Positions 45,647 through 55,061 of a stretch of 64,000 nucleotides of DNA are shown here, one piece after another. Source of the DNA: a virus; IMG/VR virus record IMGVR_UViG_3300036770_005778, positions 11,032 to 75,031 of that record. One strand, written 5' to 3'. Each line of letters begins with the position of its first letter. Within the stretch, counting starts at the first letter, position 1. The notes under the pieces were generated by a model, which saw nothing but the letters and a program-made list of their open reading frames with translations, did not search any database and had not been told where the DNA came from. A program made the translations under genes and the position numbers.

Positions 45647-46633
45647 TTACTGGCCCTGGCGAGCGCGGATCTTGGCAAGGATGTCTTGCGCACGGCTCGC
45701 ACTTTCGCCGGTGGCCGCTGATGATTCTGCTTTAGGGGCAGGAGCACTTCGAACGGCGGCTGGTTCGTCATCACTGTCCTCATCTACAGGAGCAGATGCA
45801 CGAGATGCTGCTGGCTTGTTAGGATCACCGGTAGCCTGGCCCATGCCTGCGGGTTTGAAATACTGTCCCCAACGATCCATATCATAGGCTTCGCCGTCAA
45901 CACTTGCTTCGAACATTTCTTTCATTACTTTAAGTTCGACATCGGTGGGCTTTTTGGGCAAGAAACTAGACAGATCAAACAGGCCGTATTGATCGATGGC
46001 TGCTTTCTCTTGATCAGTCAATGATCTCTCACGACGGCTCCACTTAGAAGTAGAGTAGTCAGCGAATCCGCCTTTCGATGTTTTAGCGATGCGGAAATCC
46101 ACTCCACGGAGGAAATCGGTTGGCAGTTCTTCAAGTTCTGGATCCATCAGTGCAGAGCGGATGATCTGATAGATCTGAGGTCCGATGATGAATCTACGGA
46201 TGGGATTATCCGGAGTAGTATCTTCTTTGAGAGGATCTTCGACTACGAAACCTTGGAAGATGTAGGAACGCTTCTTCCAATACTTACGGCCCATCTCTTC
46301 AAGATTTTTATCTTTGAACCAGCCACGAACTTCTGAAAGGATCGGACATGTCGTACCATCGTTGTACATTTCCACGCAGGGAACTTGAACTTGCACTGCA
46401 CGGCTATCGGTTTCACCTTTGACACCTGCGAACGGCAGTTTGATCATCGCTCGTTCCACCCAGAAGAATGTGTTATTTTGATTGCCATCAGGAAGAAAAC
46501 GGACTACCGCTTCTTTGCCTTCTTGCATGTTCCAGTGGGGGTAAATTGCGTTGTCTCCACCGCCTGTGGAGTTGCCGGATGTTTTGCTTTGTGCTTCTTG
46601 AAGTTTTGCACGGATTTCTGCTAGAGTTGCCAT
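45647..46633 (-). CDS. single-stranded DNA-binding protein (T4 gp32-like)
   Basis: VRFLPD, CP, YWKKRSY, G.DF.I.K, DYS.S; acidic C-terminus. Confidence 0.88.
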   Translation of the reverse strand: MATLAEIRAKLQEAQSKTSGNSTGGGDNAIYPHWNMQEGKEAVVRFLPDGNQNNTFFWVERAMIKLPFAGVKGETDSRAVQVQVPCVEMYNDGTTCPILSEVRGWFKDKNLEEMGRKYWKKRSYIFQGFVVEDPLKEDTTPDNPIRRFIIGPQIYQIIRSALMDPELEELPTDFLRGVDFRIAKTSKGGFADYSTSKWSRRERSLTDQEKAAIDQYGLFDLSSFLPKKPTDVELKVMKEMFEASVDGEAYDMDRWGQYFKPAGMGQATGDPNKPAASRASAPVDEDSDDEPAAVRSAPAPKAESSAATGESASRAQDILAKIRARQGQ

Positions 46634-46689
46634 TTTAAATTGCCTCCTTGTAAATTTGCCTTAAAATGTATGCCTTACGCATAAAACAT

Positions 46690-46718
46690 ATTATGCGTGT
46701 TTTATTTAGTAAGGTCAA
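46690..46718 (-). promoter_or_regulatory. sigma70 promoter for SSB, with TAAATA in the spacer
   Basis: TTGACC-N17-CATAAT on - strand; AGGAGG RBS downstream. Confidence 0.65.
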
Positions 46719-46745
46719 GATCTTTTTAAGAATTTTTAGCCAAAA

Positions 46746-46770
46746 GAAAAGGCTCCGGAGAGCCTTTCTT
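46746..46770 (-). terminator. rho-independent terminator
   Basis: AAAGGCTC-CGGA-GAGCCTTT. Confidence 0.75.
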
Positions 46771-46778
46771 GTTACAGA

Positions 46779-48992
46779 TTAATAACCTATGCCTTGTGCT
46801 ATGCCCGACAGTCTACGAATATCTTCCAATTCTGGTGAAACGCTTTGGATATCCTCACCTTTTGGCTTACTGTGATGCTGTACTCGAGCATATGTATCGA
46901 GTAGATCTCCAACAAAATCTTCATCGTGCCTTAAAATGTAGCTGGCTCTCTTCTTGCCCAGATCGTTGACCATAAATTCATACGCTGCATCAACCACTTC
47001 GTCTCCTCGGCCTTTTGCGCTGAGATTCGGATTCATCTTAAATACCCTGCTTGCCAGAGCATAGACATAATCTTCATCGTAGAAAGAATCTCCTACATCG
47101 TCTGGATCTTCTTCCGGACTCATGTCTCTAATACGATCCCCTTCGTTTTGAACACCGGCTAATTCTTTCATCCTAGATAATTCTTGCATTTGTTCTGCAC
47201 CCTGTTCTTGATGCGGAGCCATACGCTCTACGAACTTACGGGCTACTTGTTCTGCCTGCTCGCCAAACTTCTTGCCTACCATTGTGCAAACGCTTTCTGG
47301 TCCTTTAGGGAATGTGCCTGTGTTGCGATCATAGAATGAAGTGATGTACTCGGCTAATTCTTTAACATCCATGGCCTGACGCATTCCCTGCTTGGCCAAA
47401 TGTTTAGCGGTCGATGGTCCGATACCATATTTTCCTGCTTTGGCAGAAGGCGGCTTATCATCTGGATCAGCATCAAATGGCGTATCATCCTTGTCATCGT
47501 CTTTGCTTCGTTGGGTAGGATCGTCGGCGGACATCTGTGGTTCTTCTTCCGGTGCAGTTTGATCACCTCCTTCGCCTGCTGCCGGCTCATCGACCATATC
47601 GCCGAAGTCCAATTGATCTACTACTTCTGGTGCGTTCTGTTCTAGCCAATTTTTTATTAAAGGTCTTACACAACCGTCTGGGTCTGTCTTTGCCTGGTCT
47701 TTGATTTCTTTATACAACTGAGGATCTTCTATGATGCCCTTGAGACTCTCGATGGCATTAGAACCGTCCACTCCAGCAGGGAAATGTTCCCCTACTAGAT
47801 CTTGTAACTCTTTAACTGCCTGGCTTTGTTCTTCCGGATCTTGGCTGACTATAGCAGATTCTTCTCCTAGAGCCATGACCCAGTTTTCGAACCTGTCAAA
47901 ATAATTATTTTCATCGTGTTCGATTACATCTACTTCATCGTTAACGATATTTTCTTGTGTCATCGCGACTATGTCGTCATAGCCTAAGGTATTTTCTTCC
48001 TGCATCAACCGGTATATAACAGGAAATACAGATTTGATGTCTTCTTTGAAATTTTTAACTGTGAATTTTTCAATATATTCTTCTGCTACTTCTTGTGGAA
48101 CTTCTATTTGTTCTCTAGATTGAAAATTTTCTTTATACGCTTCGTAGTGGCTCTGCTTAGATATTTTTTGTATAGTTTCTCTTAGATTGTTTAATGCCTG
48201 CGTACTACGTTCTACGATACCGTTGGTTTCTGAATTCATTAGATCGTTACGAACGACATAATTTCCAAAACTTTTAAGTTGTGCGATTTCTTCGCTCATT
48301 TGTATGATGCTTTTACCTAGTTCGTCATACGGTAATCCGCCGTTGGCCACGTGTCTCTGCATAGCGCGGGCGCCTGCTAGATGGATGAATGGATATTTAA
48401 ATCTTTCACCGTCTTGGTTTTCTACGAACAGCGCAGATATATGTCTCGTTCTGGCTCCAGGCTGTGTATCATCCATCACTGCTTGGCTATGTTTGATAAT
48501 AAGACGAGTATCCATTAATTTTTGATAACTCATGGTCTTAGTACCATAAAGTGTGCTTTCGTTCATAACTTGTTCTCCGACCGGCTGTACGATAGTATTT
48601 GATTGTTCTTTGGGTTTGTTATGCTGGCTTAAAAATTCATAATCTCTTTTATCTAAATTGTCTTTAGCGATATCTCGAGTATCAAAAGCCATCAGTCTAC
48701 GTTTGGCAAAAATGCGTAATTCTTTTAGGAATTCGTACCAATGATCTTTTTGCTTGGTGTCCATGCCCTCCGTGATTCCGGTGCTGAAGTAAACTTTCAT
48801 CGAATTTTCTTCTGCTAGGCTGATACTAACATGACCTATAGGAGTTTCGCCTTCCATATAATCAAAATCGAAGAATCTTGCTTCCTCGGGATTGATCGTT
48901 AGTTGACCCGATTCGTCACCTAATTTTAATCCACGAAAACGGCTACGCACCTTGTAAAAAAGATCTGTGGCAATATTATTTGTAGCATTCAT
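46779..48992 (-). CDS. large acidic protein, probably virion/head-associated
   Basis: Start moved to 48992 (TAAATA-N5-ATG); downstream of terminase. Confidence 0.7.
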   Translation of the reverse strand: MNATNNIATDLFYKVRSRFRGLKLGDESGQLTINPEEARFFDFDYMEGETPIGHVSISLAEENSMKVYFSTGITEGMDTKQKDHWYEFLKELRIFAKRRLMAFDTRDIAKDNLDKRDYEFLSQHNKPKEQSNTIVQPVGEQVMNESTLYGTKTMSYQKLMDTRLIIKHSQAVMDDTQPGARTRHISALFVENQDGERFKYPFIHLAGARAMQRHVANGGLPYDELGKSIIQMSEEIAQLKSFGNYVVRNDLMNSETNGIVERSTQALNNLRETIQKISKQSHYEAYKENFQSREQIEVPQEVAEEYIEKFTVKNFKEDIKSVFPVIYRLMQEENTLGYDDIVAMTQENIVNDEVDVIEHDENNYFDRFENWVMALGEESAIVSQDPEEQSQAVKELQDLVGEHFPAGVDGSNAIESLKGIIEDPQLYKEIKDQAKTDPDGCVRPLIKNWLEQNAPEVVDQLDFGDMVDEPAAGEGGDQTAPEEEPQMSADDPTQRSKDDDKDDTPFDADPDDKPPSAKAGKYGIGPSTAKHLAKQGMRQAMDVKELAEYITSFYDRNTGTFPKGPESVCTMVGKKFGEQAEQVARKFVERMAPHQEQGAEQMQELSRMKELAGVQNEGDRIRDMSPEEDPDDVGDSFYDEDYVYALASRVFKMNPNLSAKGRGDEVVDAAYEFMVNDLGKKRASYILRHDEDFVGDLLDTYARVQHHSKPKGEDIQSVSPELEDIRRLSGIAQGIGY

Positions 48993-49003
48993 AAGAGTAT
49001 TTA

Positions 49004-50590
49004 TCAAAAACCTGTACTGACGAAAATAGGCATAGGCATTTGATCTTCGGTGATCTTATCAGTCATTTTTTCGTAGATCTTTGGATCCCAATCGGCTAAT
49101 ATAGCAGCCATTCGCAATATCAATAATGTGCTAGATACGAGATCGTCGTTCTCTCCTGTTTTGGCGCCAAATCCTACGCCATGCGCAACGTAATTTTTTA
49201 ATTCACTGACCAAAGGTTTGCTGTGTATGCGCATCTTACCAGTTTCTACCATGTGTTTAAATTGGCTGCAGGCTGCGATTTTCGATTTATGGGTGGTATT
49301 AAATCCTTTGCGAAATTTTCGAAAGTGCCCTTTGCGTATTGGTTCGCTAAGGAACAGGCCAGCAAAATTTTCTTCGCCTATGTTATTAATACAGATTAAA
49401 GCACTTTCGCCCACAGTATTATTTTCAACTGAATAATATATCTGCGGATTTCCGCCTCGCTCTTTGCCTCTAGTAGAGATATAATTACAAATTTCTTTGA
49501 GATGTTTGGCTTGATTTTGCACGGGGGTAAGATTGTGATGCCATTCCGCCACCTGTTCCATAGCAGGCAATTCAAAAACCTGTATCGCAGAATAATCGCC
49601 GCCTGTACCTAAACTAGGATCTAGTGCCACTAGATAGGTGCATCTAGGATCTATATCTTTATACCAACGAGTCTGCCCCATGATCATATATGGATCATCA
49701 CCTTTGAGTTCTGCTAATTTAACAGAATTGATCAATGTCTCGTCAAAGATTAAAAATTCGCAATCGAATTCTCTACGGAATCGTTCTTCACCGATCTTGG
49801 CACGCTCAACGCGAGCCCATTCTTCGTCTCGATCTGGATGTTCGTTCCAATGGGCAAAATATGAAAAGAAGCCGTTGGTTCCTAGTTTTTGTTCATTACC
49901 GTAGTCATCAAACCGATTGTTGGCTTCGGTCCAAATTAATGCGAACTGATCTTCGTCTGAATTAGGTGTCGATGTGATGATACATTTACCACCTGTTGAC
50001 AGTGTTGGAGAAAGTGCTGTCCAGAACTCTTTGGCTTTTTCCGGTGGCTGCACGAACGCAAACTCGTCACAATAAATTAGAGATAGGGATTTACCACGAC
50101 CTGTGTTTTCTGTGGTTGTAGTTGCTTGTATACGGCTTCCGTTATCGTATTCGATGGTATTCCTATTATATGAATACACCCCTGCACGGACGAAATCGGG
50201 CAAGTTCTCGTAGCCATAGCGATAGCGATTCATGATATCCTGCGCACCTTCATATTTGTGAGCAGCGATTAGAACCTGTGCTTCTGGCACGAACATAGTA
50301 TACCATAACAGATAACCGGTGGCGCAGGTAGTCTTACCCATCTGGCGAGGTAACATAGCGATACACTGTTTGTTTTCATGATAGGCCTGGATCAAACGTT
50401 CTTGATAATCATAGGGATCGAATTTTATCGCTCCGCGAGTAGGGTGTTGTATCTTTAGAAAATTCTTACAGAAATATAAAGGTCCAGTCACAGGATCCAT
50501 GCAGGCTTCGAGATGCTTGACTTCTTCCAGAGTGTATTTCTGGACAGCATGTGCCTTTTTGATCAGTACTCCGTCTAATGATTTTGCCAT
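49004..50590 (-). CDS. terL: terminase large subunit (T4 gp17-like)
   Basis: PRQMGKT, YCDEFAF, TSTPN, RNaseH-like LDPS.G.GGDYS, DDLV. Confidence 0.95.
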   Translation of the reverse strand: MAKSLDGVLIKKAHAVQKYTLEEVKHLEACMDPVTGPLYFCKNFLKIQHPTRGAIKFDPYDYQERLIQAYHENKQCIAMLPRQMGKTTCATGYLLWYTMFVPEAQVLIAAHKYEGAQDIMNRYRYGYENLPDFVRAGVYSYNRNTIEYDNGSRIQATTTTENTGRGKSLSLIYCDEFAFVQPPEKAKEFWTALSPTLSTGGKCIITSTPNSDEDQFALIWTEANNRFDDYGNEQKLGTNGFFSYFAHWNEHPDRDEEWARVERAKIGEERFRREFDCEFLIFDETLINSVKLAELKGDDPYMIMGQTRWYKDIDPRCTYLVALDPSLGTGGDYSAIQVFELPAMEQVAEWHHNLTPVQNQAKHLKEICNYISTRGKERGGNPQIYYSVENNTVGESALICINNIGEENFAGLFLSEPIRKGHFRKFRKGFNTTHKSKIAACSQFKHMVETGKMRIHSKPLVSELKNYVAHGVGFGAKTGENDDLVSSTLLILRMAAILADWDPKIYEKMTDKITEDQMPMPIFVSTGF

Positions 50591-50608
50591 ATAATTATTT
50601 ACTGAAAA

Positions 50609-50632
50609 AAATAGGCTCTGTAGAGCCTATTT
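50609..50632 (-). terminator. rho-independent terminator
   Basis: AAATAGGCTC-TGTA-GAGCCTATTT with A-run. Confidence 0.8.
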
Positions 50633-50655
50633 GATTATCGCAAGTTGCGAATTTT

Positions 50656-51366
50656 TTAAGATTTCTTTGCTTCGTTTAATCTCTGTAACAGTTCAGCACG
50701 AATTTGTGCTCGAAGGTCACTGCCCTCCATCTTTTGCATAGGATTGTCACCGCCTGCTACTTTAGGAAATGTTTTCTTAGGTCTGTTCAGATCGTTACCA
50801 TCTGGAATAATAGCATCTATTCCTTTATACTCGGAGTCTGAATCGTCCATAGAGTTAGCAAATGCTTCTTCTTTATCTTTTTTCTTTTCTATATCATGAT
50901 CATCCATGTCATGATCGCCGTCGTCGTCTTTGTCTAGACTTTTTAGCAGTGGTTTCTCGGAAGCATGATCTTTTTCGTGAGGATCTAATTTTCCATCTTT
51001 GTTGTAATCGGAATCCATCTCTCCGCCGATCTTGCTGTCATTGTCAGCATCGAAGTCGGGAAGCATTTTTAATGGCGGCAAACTGGGTTTGATACTCATG
51101 ATGCTAGGTTCTGGACTCAGTGCGGGCAACGGTGGTAAAGAAGGTTTATCCATGTCTGGATTAACTTTCGTGACCAATTTCATTAGATCTTCGATGTTCT
51201 CCATTCCTTGTGCATTTAAATTAATGCTCATGCTAGGAGGAGCCACTGGTGGATCGTTGGGAGGCGGCATCGGAGATCCGCAGCCCATTTCGTCTGTTAT
51301 TTGTTCTACTGTAGATGCAGGTTTATCTAACTGCTGCATCTTGGCTAATAATTCATGAAAATTCAT
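50656..51366 (-). CDS. low-complexity Pro/Asp-rich protein, possibly head-internal
   Basis: DYNKDGKLD and DKDDDGDHD EF-hand-like loops; GGDNP motif. Confidence 0.65.
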   Translation of the reverse strand: MNFHELLAKMQQLDKPASTVEQITDEMGCGSPMPPPNDPPVAPPSMSINLNAQGMENIEDLMKLVTKVNPDMDKPSLPPLPALSPEPSIMSIKPSLPPLKMLPDFDADNDSKIGGEMDSDYNKDGKLDPHEKDHASEKPLLKSLDKDDDGDHDMDDHDIEKKKDKEEAFANSMDDSDSEYKGIDAIIPDGNDLNRPKKTFPKVAGGDNPMQKMEGSDLRAQIRAELLQRLNEAKKS

Positions 51367-51368
51367 AT

Positions 51369-51935
51369 TTAACTCCCCATTGGGCTTTTTGTACCTGCTT
51401 TATCGATCTTGGCCTTGGGCAGTTTGTATTCGGTCTGTCCCTGATCTTTTTTACGAGCCTTGGCTGATTTTTCTAGATCTTTTAAAAATGATTTATTAAA
51501 ATCGTCGCCAAAATAATCCTTATGTTTAACTTTTCCGGTGTTCTTGTCTAAGTCAGTTTCACTGAGTAATGCTTCATTTTTGGTATCACTATTTAACATA
51601 ACCTGATCTTCTTCTGAAGGTTCGCTGCTGCCGCGAACACGGAAACAACCTTCGTCGATGCCCATATGTTTGATATCTTGAGAAATCTCTGGAGCAGTTA
51701 TAGGATATTCACAGATCACTTCAAAAATATGCACTTCTTTGTTTTCCATATTTGGAAAATCTAATGGTAATTTTTGTATAGGCGTGGTCGTGATTTTTTC
51801 AATAGTCATTACTTTACAGCGATCGAGTCTTGTTTTTAATCCCTCCTGAAATTTTTCAGGTAATTCGCCGGCAATCTTGACTTTGAAACTGTAAACTTTT
51901 TGGCTCTCAGTGAGATATTGTTTAAAACTTTTCAT
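51369..51935 (-). CDS. hypothetical late protein
   Basis: N-terminus MKSFKQYLTE; TAAATA-N5-ATG. Confidence 0.75.
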   Translation of the reverse strand: MKSFKQYLTESQKVYSFKVKIAGELPEKFQEGLKTRLDRCKVMTIEKITTTPIQKLPLDFPNMENKEVHIFEVICEYPITAPEISQDIKHMGIDEGCFRVRGSSEPSEEDQVMLNSDTKNEALLSETDLDKNTGKVKHKDYFGDDFNKSFLKDLEKSAKARKKDQGQTEYKLPKAKIDKAGTKSPMGS

Positions 51936-51943
51936 ATGTGTAT

Positions 51944-52423
51944 TTATTCCTTGTTGCCTAGTTTTTTCAACAACTCGTTTCGATCAGTAATGATGTATCC
52001 TTGACCATTAATCACATCATTTGAATCTCCGGTAGAATCTTTATCTATTTTATATTTCTTTAATTGTAGATCTACTGCTTTTAACTTTTTCTCAATTTTT
52101 GCACTTTTAGCATCTATAGCATTCTTTAACATCGTGCCCGCAACTTCAAAAATCCTACCGCTGTAACGAACTTCTACGTTCATACCTAAATCCATTAGAT
52201 CGTCGTAGGCCTGCTCTGCTTTGCTGGCCAAATTGTCTAACTCTTTGTCGTCTAATTCATCTAATTCCTTTATCTGAGGCAGTCCTTTGGTAATTTCGCT
52301 GACTGCTCGATAACTTTCGTCGAGGCTTTTTACTTCTTGATTTTCCGCGAGAGATTTTGGCACGGTTTCTTTTTTTGTCGAGGATTCTTCGAGATTTAAC
52401 AGTTCTTCTAATTTTTTAGTCAT
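51944..52423 (-). CDS. helical protein, possible terminase small subunit
   Basis: Start MTKKLEELLNL; RIFEVA..ML and DRNELLK motifs; size and position. Confidence 0.45.
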   Translation of the reverse strand: MTKKLEELLNLEESSTKKETVPKSLAENQEVKSLDESYRAVSEITKGLPQIKELDELDDKELDNLASKAEQAYDDLMDLGMNVEVRYSGRIFEVAGTMLKNAIDAKSAKIEKKLKAVDLQLKKYKIDKDSTGDSNDVINGQGYIITDRNELLKKLGNKE

Positions 52424-52430
52424 AGTGTAC

Positions 52431-52871
52431 TTATTTACGTTTTCCGCCTTGATGGAAAATATCATCTTCATTGATAATCCGAAATTTAACGTTCTGTTGG
52501 CGGCACCACTTGCTGGCTGCTTCCCATTTGGCCATGTTTTTAATATACTGTTCTTGATTGTAAAGACTTTTGCCTACTCGCTCTAGAATCATTTGATTGC
52601 TGGGCTTGACTTCCACCACTTCGGCGTGTTTTTTTCCGCCTTTGTCTTTGTAAACTATAAAAAAATCAGGGACATATATGGTATATTTTCCGCTCAGAGG
52701 ATCTCTGTAAGGAATCTGTATGCTTTCGCTAGCCCAATTTTCTACGCCGGGGTGCTCATCTAACATCCTCATGAAAACAAATTCCCACGAACTGCGAGCC
52801 AACGGAGTCTTTTTCCCTACATACTTGTCGGGATTTTTCATCTCAAATCGTCCTTGCGCAAACTTAGCCAT
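52431..52871 (-). CDS. head completion nuclease (T4 gp4/TnsA-like)
   Basis: NPDKY.G, RSSWE, WASE...IPY, YVPDF, EVKP, KW.AA. Confidence 0.88.
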   Translation of the reverse strand: MAKFAQGRFEMKNPDKYVGKKTPLARSSWEFVFMRMLDEHPGVENWASESIQIPYRDPLSGKYTIYVPDFFIVYKDKGGKKHAEVVEVKPSNQMILERVGKSLYNQEQYIKNMAKWEAASKWCRQQNVKFRIINEDDIFHQGGKRK

Positions 52872-53242
52872 CAAGCAAAAATATTTCTAGTTTGATTTTG
52901 TTTTTCGACGGAAGTTATTTTATAACCAAGCACACTGGTCGCATTTCTATTATTGTTTAATATTTCTGCGACTATGGCACTGATTTGTACGCCGTTGAAT
53001 GTTTTCAGCGTGTCTAATAATCTAAACACGGGGATTCCGTCGATCTTGGCTTGTCTAAGCAATACCTGAGCAGTCACGATACTAGCATCAGTGTCGAATC
53101 CCCGAGATTGGAAAAATCCTATAGATGCAGAAACTTCGTTAGCGGTAAATTCTAATTGTAAATTACCATAGGTGTTAAAAAACGCTTTGGTTGCGGCAGC
53201 ACTGTCGTTGTCCGCTTTAAAAGGCAAATTGGTCAAAGGCAT
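52871..53242 (-). CDS. hypothetical protein
   Basis: AGGAG RBS; 123 aa. Confidence 0.75.
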   Translation of the reverse strand: MPLTNLPFKADNDSAAATKAFFNTYGNLQLEFTANEVSASIGFFQSRGFDTDASIVTAQVLLRQAKIDGIPVFRLLDTLKTFNGVQISAIVAEILNNNRNATSVLGYKITSVEKQNQTRNIFA

Positions 53243-53259
53243 TTTAATCTCCTAGTAAA

Positions 53260-54354
53260 TTATCGATCATCCGCCGGGTTGACTAATCTTTTTTGTGTCG
53301 CGGTCGTGCCTGTATTAGTTCCTGTATTTTTAGGAAATGCTGCTCCTACTATACCGCCTACAGTATTAATAGTTCCTCGTATAGTAGCAGGATTGCTTAG
53401 GATATTTATGGCTTCCTGTTTAAAAGTTCCCTTGTCTTTAATTTCTTTAATATTATTATATGTATTAATGGCTTTGATAGCAGTACCTAAAAATCCTCCT
53501 ACAGACCCGAATGCTTCTCCACCAGCCACATCTCCGAAAATTTGTTCAAGACCGTCTAAAACTCCGCCATCTCCAAAAACATTAGCGACACCACCGCCCG
53601 CTACTGAAAGTGGGCTAGGAACATTATCATAATAGAGATTGGCAAATCCTTTGGGATTGTTTCTCGAAACGTTTCCGGTGCTGTATATAACCGACTCGTA
53701 TTCTATGTCCATGGTGGTTTCATTGAACTCGCTGGCAGAATAATCCATGCTGCCATGGCTCCATGACGTGATTTTAGGATTTATTAATGTGTAGCCGAGA
53801 AATCTTCGGCGGCTCATGGTATAAATGCTGATCGATTTAAAGAAATCTGTAGATCGACCTTGACGATCTAGACCATATCGATAACTGTCGACTACTGATC
53901 CTTCTGCGCGAAGCGCTGTTTTAAAAAATGCACGTTCGGGATTGTGTCTATCTTGAACATATGCTCCCATGTACAATGCCCATAGCGCATTAATAACACC
54001 AGCACTGTCGTCGTGGAATGTCATGTTTATACCTTCATAGGTAAAATTCTTATAAAATATTTTTTTTCTGTTATATTGATTCTTTGTTACAGTCTCAAAT
54101 TTAAATTTTGGAAGGTCAGTGGTTTTGATCAAGTATCCGATTTCATCGGCATGTTTATTGGAGAACGCCGGTGATGATAAAATAGATTTATCTATTTCAA
54201 ATCTCACATAATAAAGGAATTTAGTACGAGGGGCTAATCTATAACTATTGTCTAAAAATAGTCTAGATGCATGTCTCCAGTCGGCTAGTCCGCCTTTGGG
54301 AGTAAGTAATCCATCGCCCACTCCTTTGAGAAATCTCGTGAATTTATTTGCCAT
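53260..54354 (-). CDS. tail-tube-like baseplate/tube initiator protein
   Basis: LPKF..E...QYNRK, TFHDD, L.NP.I motifs; adjacent to tail tube. Confidence 0.65.
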   Translation of the reverse strand: MANKFTRFLKGVGDGLLTPKGGLADWRHASRLFLDNSYRLAPRTKFLYYVRFEIDKSILSSPAFSNKHADEIGYLIKTTDLPKFKFETVTKNQYNRKKIFYKNFTYEGINMTFHDDSAGVINALWALYMGAYVQDRHNPERAFFKTALRAEGSVVDSYRYGLDRQGRSTDFFKSISIYTMSRRRFLGYTLINPKITSWSHGSMDYSASEFNETTMDIEYESVIYSTGNVSRNNPKGFANLYYDNVPSPLSVAGGGVANVFGDGGVLDGLEQIFGDVAGGEAFGSVGGFLGTAIKAINTYNNIKEIKDKGTFKQEAINILSNPATIRGTINTVGGIVGAAFPKNTGTNTGTTATQKRLVNPADDR

Positions 54355-54372
54355 ACAAATATTTATGCCACA

Positions 54373-54400
54373 AAAAAACCCAGAAAAATCTGGGTTTTTT
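54373..54400 (-). terminator. rho-independent terminator
   Basis: AAAAAACCCAGA-AAAA-TCTGGGTTTTTT. Confidence 0.8.
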
Positions 54401-54417
54401 GTAAAGCACTTTAATTA

Positions 54418-55059
54418 TTAAGCAGCACCGCTGCGGCCAGTCACAGTCTCGCCTAGAGTTCTTCCTACTACTGCTCCTATACCACGCTCTGGTCCAGCAC
54501 CATTGGCGCCTGCGAATTGCACAGCATTATCATATTTCAGTGTAAGAGCCACCGTCATGGGTTCGTTATTAGCGTAATTCGCTTCACCGTAATCCACGCT
54601 AGACAAGAAGCATCCATATAGTTCCCATTTTTCTAAGATATTTGGTTCAAGTGCGCCATTGCCACCGTCCATCATTTCGATGTTAGTTTGGAATTTATAG
54701 TCAATACCTGATCTTGCAGAAGCCTGTTCCATAAAATCAAATTGTTTCTGGATCTGTTGTCCGACTAGTTTCTGCACCTGACCATTGGCATCATCACGCA
54801 GATTGATAGTCACGTCATCCCAATTTGGTTTACCTGCCAACTTGACTCTGGAGTTATAAATTGGAATCTCCATTTCTTCAAAAGTTACCGTTGGACGTTT
54901 TACATCGCTGACCTGTTTAGTCAACTCTGTACTGGCTTCAACTCCAAACCCTAGCAATATCACTCTAAAGCGATATTGTAGTTTTGGCATCAGCAGCGCG
55001 GTACCGCTGTTACCGTTACTGGTTGGGACTGAAATTCTATTTAAGGATGTTAGTGCCAT
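54418..55059 (-). CDS. tail tube protein (T4 gp19-like)
   Basis: LAGKP.W..V...RDD, W.LYGCF; follows sheath. Confidence 0.85.
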   Translation of the reverse strand: MALTSLNRISVPTSNGNSGTALLMPKLQYRFRVILLGFGVEASTELTKQVSDVKRPTVTFEEMEIPIYNSRVKLAGKPNWDDVTINLRDDANGQVQKLVGQQIQKQFDFMEQASARSGIDYKFQTNIEMMDGGNGALEPNILEKWELYGCFLSSVDYGEANYANNEPMTVALTLKYDNAVQFAGANGAGPERGIGAVVGRTLGETVTGRSGAA

Positions 55060-55061
55060 TT

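Noticed and set aside
16605-50590. Inteins or introns in helicase, UvsW, UvsX or terminase
   Set aside because: Lengths are typical and no splice or homing motifs were seen.
52431-52871. TnsA transposase or mobile element
   Set aside because: Matches T4 gp4-type head completion nuclease in a morphogenesis context; no other Tn7 genes or ends.
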